IMG/VR virus record: IMGVR_UViG_3300033069_001204
Coordinates: 1-64,000 of that record
DNA length: 64,000 bases
Reading direction: 5' to 3' (one strand)
Source of the DNA: a virus
Taxonomy: Duplodnaviria > Heunggongvirae > Uroviricota > Caudoviricetes
The notes under the pieces are model-generated. The model searched no databases. It was not told the origin of the DNA and saw only the letters and a list, made by a program, of their open reading frames with translations. Of this stretch, positions 1 to 9,149 are shown piece by piece; position 1 is the stretch's first letter; every line of letters begins with the position of its first letter. The position numbers and the translations under genes were made by a program.

Positions 1-450
1 GACGCATTTGAGCTCATCCGCTATTGCCACGGACTCTCCAAGGTCCTTAGTGTATCCGGATTTTGGAGACACCGTTATCCAGTAATACATGCCGCAGTCT
101 CTGGCGAACTGCCTGAGCATCTTTGGATTGGTTCCATTGGTCTCCAGGCCGATCCAGACACAGGGCCACGCACCACGAATCGCGTTGATGATCGGGCTCA
201 GATTCTGGATAGTTGGCTCGCCTCCAGTCAGGACAATCATCGGAGGCTCCGACTTCATCGAACTCGGGATCAGGTCCGAGATGGACTTGACCAGATACGC
301 CTCATCGATGGTCAGATTCTTGGAATGATCCGTGTCGCAGAATGGGCACTCCAGATTGCATCCAGCGAAGCGCACAAATATTGCTGGCTTGCCGGAGTTG
401 TGCCCCTCTCCCTGAATGCTATAGAAAATCTCTGACACGTCGTAGATCAT
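1..450 (-). CDS. queE: 7-carboxy-7-deazaguanine synthase QueE (radical SAM), 3' end of gene beyond window start
   Basis: Hand translation of the minus strand from the ATG at 450..448 gives MIYDVSEIFYSIQGEGHNSGKPAIFVRFAGCNLECPFCDT...IVLTGGEPT. The CxxxCxxC cluster and the GGEP motif fit QueE. No stop codon before position 1. The ATG overlaps the queD stop (ATGA). Confidence 0.8.
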   Translation of the reverse strand, partial: MIYDVSEIFYSIQGEGHNSGKPAIFVRFAGCNLECPFCDTDHSKNLTIDEAYLVKSISDLIPSSMKSEPPMIVLTGGEPTIQNLSPIINAIRGAWPCVWIGLETNGTNPKMLRQFARDCGMYYWITVSPKSGYTKDLGESVAIADELKCV

Positions 451-845
451 ATCACATCATCCGTAATTTCCGCATAGCTATCGGAAGTCTCCGACACTCT
501 GACGCGGACCACTTTGCAGAATGGGACCTTGGCTTCGATGATCGCCTTCGTCATCCTGAAGATATGAATGGCCATATTCTCGGCCGTAGGAGCCCAATCC
601 CCTGGCAGGACATCATTCAGAAGGCGATGATCCAATTTGGATAGGACCTCATCCCATACGATCTTATCCAGGACTTTGAAGTCGATGATCATTCCTCCAT
701 TGCCACGTATCGCCTGGATTCCGGCAGTGGAAGCCACTTCGACCTCAACATTGGAGTTATGTCCATGCATATTGGCGCAGGGTCCCTTATAGTCGGGAAG
801 CCAATGGGCATAAGAGAATTCAAACTTGCGGGTTACGGAAATCAT
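447..845 (-). CDS. queD: 6-carboxy-5,6,7,8-tetrahydropterin synthase QueD (6-pyruvoyl-tetrahydropterin synthase family)
   Basis: 132 aa. FEFSYAHWLP...CANMHGHN matches the zinc-binding motifs of QueD/PTPS. Lies immediately upstream of queE, with start and stop overlapping. Confidence 0.85.
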   Translation of the reverse strand: MISVTRKFEFSYAHWLPDYKGPCANMHGHNSNVEVEVASTAGIQAIRGNGGMIIDFKVLDKIVWDEVLSKLDHRLLNDVLPGDWAPTAENMAIHIFRMTKAIIEAKVPFCKVVRVRVSETSDSYAEITDDVI

Positions 846-882
846 CTGCTCCTCCTATTTGTCATATTATACCGCGACTCCT

Positions 883-2499
883 TCACTTCAGATCCTTCCT
901 CTTGAAAGAATTCTGTTTTTTCTTCTTAATTCCCTCCAAATGCCAGAAGGAACTCAGGAAAGGCCGGCCTCTATGGAGGGCCTGGAGGACCTTGACGGAT
1001 TTCGTTCTATCGCATTCTCCATCCCTGACCATGAGCGGGGCCACTCGCATGATGCCCTCCACCTCCTCCCTATCAGTCCGATTCAAAGTCATCACGGCGG
1101 TGGCATGGGCATACTTGCTGGAAGCCTCGGTGAAGTCGCTCCTGTCCTGGAGTTCCTTATCTCCGAACATATTCTTTCCCTGAGTGGCGGTGATCACGCA
1201 GATGTGGCGGTCGAGAGACAGCCTGCGCAAAGCCAGCCACTTCTCATCCTCGCGTTCCCTCTTGTCCTTTCTCATGGTGGACGCCTCATCGGCCAGAATA
1301 TCCGCGTAGTCAATTATTACAATATCTGCGACAAAGTTTCTCGACACCTCCCACTCATCAAGAATGGAGCGAATTCTGCTTATGGATAGCTGCCTGCTGG
1401 CATGGCAGTCCAGCATGATTCTCTTGCCTTTGAATCCGCGATTGAGAGTATTCTGGCAGTCGCGGATCTCCCTCCAAGTCATGGGATCGACTTGCTCAGT
1501 GAGACGCCACCATGCCGCAGGCCTATAGGATTTGGGATAGTGCTTGCGACAGGCAGTGCATGGGACGTATTTGCGATTGCGCTGGACGTATTCTTTCAAT
1601 GGTTCATTGTCCTGTGGCTTGCCGCAACCAAACTCGCATGTCCTGAACTCCTCTCCGCATGAATCGTCCTGGTTGCTCATGCAGTCCATCACCGGCTCAT
1701 ATCTGGGAGAGCAGTATTTCCTCAGATCGGAACGGCCCACCATCCTAATTCCAATGCGTCGGCCCATCTGATTCTTGGACAGGTCTCCGCATTGGAACAA
1801 AGCCACGTTCCTGCGAGCCTTCAGACCCAGGAAGGCCAGCTCCGTCAGCATGAAAGTCTTGCCTGACTTCGGAGGGGCCTGGAATGCCAACAGGCTGTCC
1901 CTGACCAGAAACTCGTTGAGCAGCTCCCCCAGAGCTCCGGACAGCGTCATGAGCGGCTCGCTCTCCTCAGTGAACGCGTCTATGAAGAAGCTTCTATCCT
2001 CCATGATGGAGATGGATGAACTTGTCTCGGCAGCATGTCGGGTGAATGAGGTTATGACGTCCTCAGCCTGTTCTATGTCTCCAGATATGAGATGGCGATC
2101 CAGATCGGACTTGAGGGATTTCACCCTGCAGGTCCGCAAGTAGCTTCTCGCGCCTTCCAGGAAGTGAGCCACATTGAAATGGCCGTCCTCGAATTCAGAA
2201 TCCAGGGACTTCAATTGCTTCAGGATGATGGCGGCATCCTCTTCGGAGATCGCACCATCCTCAGCGGAGGTCATAAGTAGTTCCGAAATATCGGGGCCTG
2301 GGACCTGGCCATAGCGGTCATAGTATTTCAGACACCAGTCCGCCAATATCCTGACATTCTTGGATGGGATCTTGTCCACATCTATGGCATTGCGAATCCC
2401 AATCAGAAATTTCTCGGATGAGATCAGGCCAATTAGAAGCTTGCGTTCCCCGCCACCATCAAACGATACGGTCTTAATTGCCATCAGCGTCGTCTCCAA
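883..2499 (-). CDS. DnaB-like replicative helicase (RecA-fold ATPase) with an inserted Cys-rich segment
   Basis: 538 aa. Walker A APPKSGKTFMLTELA; Walker B-like VIIDYADIL; N-terminal DnaB-like helical domain. The Cys cluster CGEEFRTCEFGCG...CTAC suggests a zinc-binding insertion. Confidence 0.7.
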   Translation of the reverse strand: METTLMAIKTVSFDGGGERKLLIGLISSEKFLIGIRNAIDVDKIPSKNVRILADWCLKYYDRYGQVPGPDISELLMTSAEDGAISEEDAAIILKQLKSLDSEFEDGHFNVAHFLEGARSYLRTCRVKSLKSDLDRHLISGDIEQAEDVITSFTRHAAETSSSISIMEDRSFFIDAFTEESEPLMTLSGALGELLNEFLVRDSLLAFQAPPKSGKTFMLTELAFLGLKARRNVALFQCGDLSKNQMGRRIGIRMVGRSDLRKYCSPRYEPVMDCMSNQDDSCGEEFRTCEFGCGKPQDNEPLKEYVQRNRKYVPCTACRKHYPKSYRPAAWWRLTEQVDPMTWREIRDCQNTLNRGFKGKRIMLDCHASRQLSISRIRSILDEWEVSRNFVADIVIIDYADILADEASTMRKDKREREDEKWLALRRLSLDRHICVITATQGKNMFGDKELQDRSDFTEASSKYAHATAVMTLNRTDREEVEGIMRVAPLMVRDGECDRTKSVKVLQALHRGRPFLSSFWHLEGIKKKKQNSFKRKDLK

Positions 2500-4096
2500 T
2501 CAATCTATCATATTCCTTTTGAACGGCCCCTGACTTCAGCGCCTTGAAGCGGGACTCAAAGAATCCAGGGATGTCCATATTCTCATAATCTATTCTTGCG
2601 CTGGACATTGTCGCCAGGTCATCGAAGAGCTCCACAGTGAGCTTGGCATCCTTGTGGAACATTCCCAAATTGACATGCTCATAATCAAGGCAATTCTCCC
2701 TAATGAATTTGTTGATATATGAGAACGAAGCATCCCTGGCATGGGTCTTGTTGAACTTCCTGCTGCAGCCCTTCCAATATGGGCCTAGCTCATCCCTGAA
2801 CTGGCCAGGACATGCTTTAGGGTCTATGGCAAAACTGCCGTCCTCCTGTTCGCCATACGTGTTCTCATAGAGCAGGTCGATGAATTCCAGGACGCCCCAA
2901 TACCAGGCTCGGAACCCGGCATGGTCCTCCTCATTTCCGGTAATGCCTCCAGCCTTTTCGATTTGTATAGCGATGTTTTCAATCAAGTCCGGTTCCCTCT
3001 CCTGGACGAAGGGGAATGGGGAATCCTCGCTTACCTTTTTGAAGCATTCCAAAACATCCCCATTCCCAGTCCCCTTCCCAAGTCCGGATTTGGAGCGGCT
3101 CGAAACTCTGGGACGATAAAGAGTGGGGATTCCTTTCCCTGTGGAGTATGCTATGGTGGCGAGAATTTCCTCAACGGAGAAATCAGCCAGCCACTCAAGA
3201 ATGAGATTTCCATGGGACTTCAACAAAGCCGCTGTGATGGGGACCTTCCTGGACTTCGGAGCGGACTTATTCAATTCAGCCAATTGTTCAATCCAGTTAG
3301 ACAAAGCCTCTTTGATTTGCGGCCATGCGTCATGCTCTTGAAGCTTCAACGGAGATGCTTCGATTATATCATCCTTGGCATTCTCTCCTGATGGCAGTAT
3401 TCCGAGGCCTGAATTTTTTTCTTTCGAAGATCTTTTTATGTCAATAATATTTCTCGAAGAATGAGAGAATTTATTATTAATCTCTAGGGGGTTATATAAG
3501 GGGGGGACATTTTCAGGGGCCATTTTGGGGGTCTGCTTGTATCGTTTTGTATTCAGCTCCTGATTTCCGAATTTGAAAATTTTAAATTCGACCCCATTTT
3601 CCGAATTTGAAAATTTTAAATTCGACCTCAACTTCTCATCATTGAGAACGCTGGAAATATAATCCTGATTCACGGCTCCCATTCTCTCGTTCAGGACCTT
3701 GAAGTTCACCCTGAACCAAATGGCATTCATCTCGTCCCGCCAGTAGTCCAGAAGGTTTCCCGACACCGTATCTTTGGAGGCCCTGGAGGCTATGGAATGC
3801 AGGACGTTCCTGACCCGATGATATGAGAGATGAAGCTCTCCGCATAGAGTCCCGGCGTCGTGGGGAGTCAGGCCCATGCGAATATGGACAGGGGAGCCTC
3901 CTGTCGATAGGACCCTATTGAGGATGAAGGTCAGAAGGTAGGCCGCCTGGAGATCCCCATCGAGCATGTGGAGAATCAATTGGTCTATGATTATTGGCCT
4001 TCGGAGATTGAATTGCTGGAGAGCATCCATAGCAGCCTCAAAATAAATTCCCTGCTGGCTTCTGGTTGGGGGCCAACCCAATGAGATCCGTGCCAA
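2474..4096 (-). CDS. putative replication initiation / helicase-loading protein with an internal AT-rich iteron region
   Basis: 540 aa. Overlaps the start of the helicase gene. N-terminal wHTH-like region. The central low-complexity linker is encoded by AT-rich DNA carrying two 30-bp direct repeats, an architecture like lambda O with ori-lambda inside it. Confidence 0.4.
   Translation of the reverse strand: MARISLGWPPTRSQQGIYFEAAMDALQQFNLRRPIIIDQLILHMLDGDLQAAYLLTFILNRVLSTGGSPVHIRMGLTPHDAGTLCGELHLSYHRVRNVLHSIASRASKDTVSGNLLDYWRDEMNAIWFRVNFKVLNERMGAVNQDYISSVLNDEKLRSNLKFSNSENGVEFKIFKFGNQELNTKRYKQTPKMAPENVPPLYNPLEINNKFSHSSRNIIDIKRSSKEKNSGLGILPSGENAKDDIIEASPLKLQEHDAWPQIKEALSNWIEQLAELNKSAPKSRKVPITAALLKSHGNLILEWLADFSVEEILATIAYSTGKGIPTLYRPRVSSRSKSGLGKGTGNGDVLECFKKVSEDSPFPFVQEREPDLIENIAIQIEKAGGITGNEEDHAGFRAWYWGVLEFIDLLYENTYGEQEDGSFAIDPKACPGQFRDELGPYWKGCSRKFNKTHARDASFSYINKFIRENCLDYEHVNLGMFHKDAKLTVELFDDLATMSSARIDYENMDIPGFFESRFKALKSGAVQKEYDRLIGDDADGN
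3562..3627. repeat. two perfect ~30-bp direct repeats (tttccgaatttgaaaattttaaattcgacc) spaced 34 bp apart, in an AT-rich tract inside the initiator gene
   Basis: Read directly: 3564-3593 and 3598-3627 are identical. The surrounding 3400-3650 is AT-rich, unlike the ~55% GC of the flanks. Candidate iterons or origin. Confidence 0.7.
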
Positions 4097-4226
4097 ATCT
4101 CAAACCAGAGGCCAGCAGGGAATTCTTTGGATGATATCCATGTGGCGGCACGTTTGTTTCTGGTGGCGAGCCAGGGCCTATATTATGCCATGGACCCTGG
4201 AAGTTTTCAAGCTAGTTCCAAAAAGA

Positions 4227-6809
4227 TTATGGAATCCATAGGACATCGAAATCGGTCCAGCCTATCTCCTTCCCATGCCAGTAGAATCTCTTGGAGCCTT
4301 CGATTGTCATTACGCCACAATGCATGACCTGATATTTCATCAGCCCTATCTTGAATGGGGAATAGCTCACCACGAAGCTACAGGATGCCCCACTCAACTC
4401 CATCTCGCAGCGCTCCCCTGTCTCAGTCCGGATGATCGCCAGAGTCCCAGTAGAAGGCAGAGGCGATAGTTCACAGTATCTAGAACCCGTGATGTAGCCG
4501 ATCTGAGTCCATTTGGAATGTTTGGCATCGGTGGGCACTATGGTGAAGCCACCTAGGGTCTTTGATGTCCGACCCGCCCAATTGCCGGCCAGAGGTCCAT
4601 GCGGAATATGTAGGACTGGAATTTCCAGACATACATGGCTGGCCTTGAATCTGCTGTGAGCAAACTCGAAATCGGAGCCTCCTGCGTTGTGAAATGTCTC
4701 TGAGTAGATTGTCGGCATAGTCAGGCAGTTTGACTCTGTTCTGAACATCTGGAAGTATCCTACTGGATCGCTGTGTAGAAAAGCCACATCGTCTTTGTTC
4801 GATCGATCGTTCGTGTATGTAGCGAGCCATTCCTCCCTCCTATCCTCTGGGATATTGAAACGTCCTGCGAAGTATAGAACGTCCTTGTCATAATGTCGGG
4901 ACTCTAGTGTCTCTCTGAGATCATCAGGGAGGATACAGTCCGCATCAGTGAGAATGATGGTATCGCAGGCGGCCATCCCTCCCCACTCGATTCCGGCATT
5001 GATCATGGCTCCCTTATTGAAGGCGGCCCCATTCTTGTGGATGACTTCCATCCCCACAGGATGAGATATCACTCCCAGCATATTGCAGAGCTGCCGGGTC
5101 TGGGCATCCTCGTAGGAGGTCACGACGACCATCCTATCGAAATGCCTTTTGTTCAGCGGCAGGGTCCAGGCCAGCATGTCGCTATAGCCTGCGCAGACTA
5201 TGACACAGCCCAGGACCCCTAGAGGGTAGATCCCATCTTTTGGGGCTTTGGGCTCCTCCATATCCCTTGGAAGCATGCCATAGCTATAGACATCCAGGCC
5301 TGCCAGATGATAGAAATCAGAGACTCCAAGCACCCGACATTCGGTCTTTTTAGAAGCGAAGGAATTATGGGAGTCATGCCAGGCCCGGACGGATGCCTTC
5401 ATCTTGGCTTCGTGGGCATCCGAGGCGCAGAATATGATGCTGTCCGAGTAGTCGAGGACGTCAATGATGGTCTTGACCGGATGCCCGTCGATCTCCTTGC
5501 ATTTTGGATTGCTGTCCCATATCGCTTTGATATTCTTGGGTTCGGGATTGACTTCCAGCATGGTGCTCAGAAAGCGGCCGGCTCCATAGAGGACCACCGG
5601 CTCTGGCCTGGACTCCAGATCATCCCATATCGCCTTCAAGAATTTCTGGTAGCGTGAAGGTTCGCTATCCTTCCCTGAGTAGTCAAGCGTCACGATCTTA
5701 TCCCCCTCATAGTTATCTGGATATCCTTTGGCCGTAGGATGGATTAGGAACGCATTATCTCCCACAATATATTTGCAGCCAGGATTCAAAATGAGCTCTG
5801 CGACTTTCTTCTTGAGCTCATCTTTCATTGCATCAGTGAGAGCAGAAGACCCTGGCTCTAGCAGCCTCCATCCATAGGACTTGATGCTCTCCTCCGTCCC
5901 CGAGATTCTCACAGAGTTGTCGCCATCCGGGAGATAGGGCTCAATAGTCAGGCCGGGTTCCGGATAATCCTCTTTGCGGTATGCTCCAATTGGAAATACA
6001 CATGCTGCCTTCCTTTTTCGAATACCCATGGACTTGAGCCTGTCGGAATGCCATTTGGACACGTAGTCCATCTTATGGCTAGCCACAGTATGTGGGACCC
6101 TGAGCGGAGCCGAGCATAGCTCACAGAACTGAAGCTGCGCTCCGAATTCCTCCGGAGCCCTTTCCCACCAACCCTTTTCAACCTTCCATGCGACATCTCC
6201 AAATGGGGAGTTGTAGAGGATGTCGAGGGCTCCAGCCACTTCGCAGAAGTATGCTCCCTTCGGAGTGATGCTGGCGCTCCACATGTTCTGAATCCAGCAC
6301 GCGTCCCTGAGAGGAATCCATTCCTCATCGGAGATCCCGAAGTCCTTGCGACATCCCAAGAGCATCTGATGCCTGCCTTCATGGCTGTGGTCATTGATGC
6401 ATTGATATGGGAACACGTCCTGTATGAGTTCGAAGTGCTTCCGATATCCTGGACCTAGCGACGTCCACAGTCCACGTTTGGAAAGCAGGACATCGGAGAG
6501 ATGCTTATTGCGATAGGCCGCAAAGTCCTTGACGGCCTGGCGCATGGGCTTGAATGGAGGAGTATGGATCTTGTCTGCGTAGTATTTGACGAAGCTGTCG
6601 AACTTCGGATGGATGGTAGGCTCGCCTCCCATGATTCCGACCATGCCATGGAATCCCAGCATGGAGTCGACAGCCTTCCTGAACTGGCCCTCCTCAGCGA
6701 AGAATGGCTTCGAGTGCCTGCCACAGAACCTCGTGCAGTTTGAACAGGAGTGGGGACATGCATTTGTGAGTTCAATCTGGATGATCTTCTGCTCAGATGG
6801 AGACTTCAT
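4227..6809 (-). CDS. multidomain enzyme: N-terminal radical SAM domain + Rossmann-like middle domain + GT-A (family 2-like) glycosyltransferase domain + C-terminal domain of unknown function
   Basis: 860 aa. Residues 13-30 ELTNACPHSCSNCTRFCG (CxxxCxxC) and MGGEPT are radical SAM signatures. Mid-region YGAGRF has a Rossmann-like glycine motif. GT2-like VIVCAGYSDM...NKGAMINAGIEW...ILTDADCILPDD contains a DxD motif. Confidence 0.6.
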   Translation of the reverse strand: MKSPSEQKIIQIELTNACPHSCSNCTRFCGRHSKPFFAEEGQFRKAVDSMLGFHGMVGIMGGEPTIHPKFDSFVKYYADKIHTPPFKPMRQAVKDFAAYRNKHLSDVLLSKRGLWTSLGPGYRKHFELIQDVFPYQCINDHSHEGRHQMLLGCRKDFGISDEEWIPLRDACWIQNMWSASITPKGAYFCEVAGALDILYNSPFGDVAWKVEKGWWERAPEEFGAQLQFCELCSAPLRVPHTVASHKMDYVSKWHSDRLKSMGIRKRKAACVFPIGAYRKEDYPEPGLTIEPYLPDGDNSVRISGTEESIKSYGWRLLEPGSSALTDAMKDELKKKVAELILNPGCKYIVGDNAFLIHPTAKGYPDNYEGDKIVTLDYSGKDSEPSRYQKFLKAIWDDLESRPEPVVLYGAGRFLSTMLEVNPEPKNIKAIWDSNPKCKEIDGHPVKTIIDVLDYSDSIIFCASDAHEAKMKASVRAWHDSHNSFASKKTECRVLGVSDFYHLAGLDVYSYGMLPRDMEEPKAPKDGIYPLGVLGCVIVCAGYSDMLAWTLPLNKRHFDRMVVVTSYEDAQTRQLCNMLGVISHPVGMEVIHKNGAAFNKGAMINAGIEWGGMAACDTIILTDADCILPDDLRETLESRHYDKDVLYFAGRFNIPEDRREEWLATYTNDRSNKDDVAFLHSDPVGYFQMFRTESNCLTMPTIYSETFHNAGGSDFEFAHSRFKASHVCLEIPVLHIPHGPLAGNWAGRTSKTLGGFTIVPTDAKHSKWTQIGYITGSRYCELSPLPSTGTLAIIRTETGERCEMELSGASCSFVVSYSPFKIGLMKYQVMHCGVMTIEGSKRFYWHGKEIGWTDFDVLWIP

Positions 6810-6826
6810 TTCTATTATCCTTTCGT

Positions 6827-7747
6827 CTATTGGGGGCTTGGGGGCTTTTGAAGGGCTATAGGAGGATAGGGATCATGGGAGATGATCACTTCACCATATT
6901 TGTCGTTCGCTCCACAGGCTGCCGACTTGTGAGAGTTCCAGTCTATATATTTTATTCTATTCTGAGCAATGCGGACTGCCCATTCTGGAAAATACTCTGG
7001 AATAGGCAGCAACAGATCTGCCCCAATTCCTCGTAGATCGAGAGGCCTGAAACACATGCCATCGATTCCCCACAAAGTCTCAAGCGGCTTCATATCTGCG
7101 CCATTGAATGCCTGATGTAGAGCCAGGGCGACTCCTGGATGCTTGTTCCCTTCTATTGGGGGCCAGCCTTCGTATTCAGCGTTCTTCTCGATTTCCTCAG
7201 CATTCACTCCTGGGTCCGACATCTGGAAGCATAGATCGTCTCCAAGAATGAAGCCATCCACGCGGACCAGAATTTTGGCCATGGCGAGATCGGACAGACA
7301 CATCGAGCATTTGTGGGAGCCATCGATATAGACCAGATTGTAGATATTGCCCTGGAGCAAAGGCAGAGCCGATCTGCTGTCTCCATAGATGGTGGTTACC
7401 ATATCCCAGGCATTGGCCTTGCTGACGTTATATTCGAAGATGTGTCGATAGGCTTTCATCTCCTTGCCTGGAGCCCGATCCGCAATGTCCACGCAGGTGA
7501 GATGGCCATGTCCGTTATTGAACCTGCGGATCATCTCAATCCACATGAGGGCGGAGCCGCCGCCACGAGAGCCCACTTCCAGGATGTTCCAATACTGCCG
7601 CTCTTTCAGCAGTTTAGGGACAATGGAATAGAGCAGGGCATTGCGCTCAGGATTGAGAAGGACATCGAATTCCGAAGGCAGATAGTATCCGCCATTGGAG
7701 ATGACTTCAAGGAAATCATTTAGTATCATGGGAGGTCTCCACAGCAC
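6827..7747 (-). CDS. class I SAM-dependent O-methyltransferase, TylF/MycF (macrocin-O-MTase)-like, with a C-terminal extension
   Basis: 306 aa. ILEVGSRGGGSALMW matches the TylF-family motif E-x-G-V/S-x-x-G-G-S and is followed by an acidic VDIADR motif. Lies immediately downstream of the radical SAM/GT gene. Confidence 0.6.
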   Translation of the reverse strand: MLWRPPMILNDFLEVISNGGYYLPSEFDVLLNPERNALLYSIVPKLLKERQYWNILEVGSRGGGSALMWIEMIRRFNNGHGHLTCVDIADRAPGKEMKAYRHIFEYNVSKANAWDMVTTIYGDSRSALPLLQGNIYNLVYIDGSHKCSMCLSDLAMAKILVRVDGFILGDDLCFQMSDPGVNAEEIEKNAEYEGWPPIEGNKHPGVALALHQAFNGADMKPLETLWGIDGMCFRPLDLRGIGADLLLPIPEYFPEWAVRIAQNRIKYIDWNSHKSAACGANDKYGEVIISHDPYPPIALQKPPSPQ

Positions 7748-8021
7748 GCATAACAGAAGTAGCCAGAAAATGCTTAACGGCTCTCCCTATACGTAATTTA
7801 TCAAATAGTCCAAGGGGGATGTAGACTCTTTCCCAGCAAAGATGGTTCACAATGATCCAATCATCTGTTGAGCACATAAGCTCCATGGGCTTCATCATGT
7901 TCCGATAAAGAATGAGATGGTCCCATGGAAGCATTGGATCTTTACGAATTTCCCATTCAGGGATAGGACTTCTCAATGACTCCACAATGGAGTCGATCAT
8001 CTTTCTTTGAGCGGTTTTCAT
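7716..8021 (-). CDS. hypothetical protein (start adjusted to the internal ATG at 8021, which overlaps the upstream stop as ATGA)
   Basis: The protein-like part of ORF 7716..8210 begins at MKTAQRKMIDSIVESL. The upstream 63 residues are Arg/Ser-rich junk and overlap the neighbouring gene. Confidence 0.45.
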   Translation of the reverse strand: MKTAQRKMIDSIVESLRSPIPEWEIRKDPMLPWDHLILYRNMMKPMELMCSTDDWIIVNHLCWERVYIPLGLFDKLRIGRAVKHFLATSVMRAVETSHDTK

Positions 8022-8353
8022 AGATCTCCATACTGTCTCATGGTTCCCGGTCTCATCTCTGGAGCGGAGTCCGCCTTCGAATGAAGATATGATTCCGCTA
8101 CTTTGACGAGATGTCGATGCATGGCATCGCGAAGCTTCAGGGACTCTGTGAACCTGATTGGAATTCGAGCGCCTCCACAGAAAAGGATGACGTCGAATCC
8201 CGGAATCCATGGATGCTTCTCAAGAGAGATATATCCTCGTTTCAGCAAATATCCATCGTCCCGGATATGCGTATGCATTTTCCACTCTGAAAAATTCTCC
8301 ACCAGGCTCTTGACGGTGGACTCTATGAGCTCTTTGTTGATGGACATGGTCAC
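8018..8353 (-). CDS. hypothetical protein
   Basis: 111-aa ORF, consistent with the minus-strand operon; the stop overlaps the next start. Confidence 0.45.
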   Translation of the reverse strand: MTMSINKELIESTVKSLVENFSEWKMHTHIRDDGYLLKRGYISLEKHPWIPGFDVILFCGGARIPIRFTESLKLRDAMHRHLVKVAESYLHSKADSAPEMRPGTMRQYGDL

Positions 8354-8793
8354 TCCTTTTCCACTGTGTATTGGACTCTACGACGCGCCACCCTCTTCGA
8401 TGCTCTTTTCATGGCTGCCTGCATGAGAGAGATGATGGACGCGGCTCCAGCCTTTTTATGGATGAGCAGCTTTAGGACTGTCCTGGAGTCCTTGGGAAGC
8501 CCCTCCTTTGGAGGCCTCCCCACTTTCCCCGGCTTCTTGGTTTCATAGAAAGTGAGGGTTGGAATATTGAGAGATGGGTGGGTGTCCAGCTTCATGACAG
8601 TCGTCCCCAGTCCAATGTCCAGGTCCTCGCCATCCTCCAGGCATTTGATTCTTCTCTGTTGAGACAGAAGCTCATCCTCCATCTTGGATGCCAGGTCCAG
8701 CAGGGCTTCACGCTCTGTCGAACCCGAACCCTCTATGGGACATGCTCCGCTCTTTGCAGTCCATACTTCCCTTCTGGCGCTTTTTATAGACAT
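8350..8793 (-). CDS. hypothetical protein with a basic GRPPK (AT-hook-like) segment
   Basis: 147-aa ORF in the operon; start and stop overlap the neighbours. Confidence 0.45.
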   Translation of the reverse strand: MSIKSARREVWTAKSGACPIEGSGSTEREALLDLASKMEDELLSQQRRIKCLEDGEDLDIGLGTTVMKLDTHPSLNIPTLTFYETKKPGKVGRPPKEGLPKDSRTVLKLLIHKKAGAASIISLMQAAMKRASKRVARRRVQYTVEKE

Positions 8794-8801
8794 ATTCTAT
8801 T

Positions 8802-9137
8802 TCATCCTTTCAAAGGAATTTTGACATATCCCTCGCCCCACGCATCCTGGCAATCCTGACATAGGACGACCTTGTCGGAAAGACGAATTCCATTCTTGCT
8901 GTCGCATAGATGACAGGGCTCAGATTCCACGCTGTTGATTCGCCCCCACTCCTTCTCGGCCTTCTCCAGCGCCTCCACTCTTGTCGAGCCCACCCCAGTG
9001 GCATACTTGTCGCATGCATAGCAATGTCTGATGGCCATCCAATTATTAGGACGCGCTGGTGAAAAGCTCATGGAGTCATACCAATCAGGACATCCGCATT
9101 CCCGGCACTTCACTTTCTTCTTTTTATTCTTGCCCAT
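8802..9137 (-). CDS. Cys-rich zinc-ribbon protein
   Basis: 111 aa. Lys-rich N-terminus followed by several CxxC pairs (CRECGC, CYAC, CHLC, CQDC). Confidence 0.5.
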   Translation of the reverse strand: MGKNKKKKVKCRECGCPDWYDSMSFSPARPNNWMAIRHCYACDKYATGVGSTRVEALEKAEKEWGRINSVESEPCHLCDSKNGIRLSDKVVLCQDCQDAWGEGYVKIPLKG

Positions 9138-9149
9138 TCCACACCTCTT

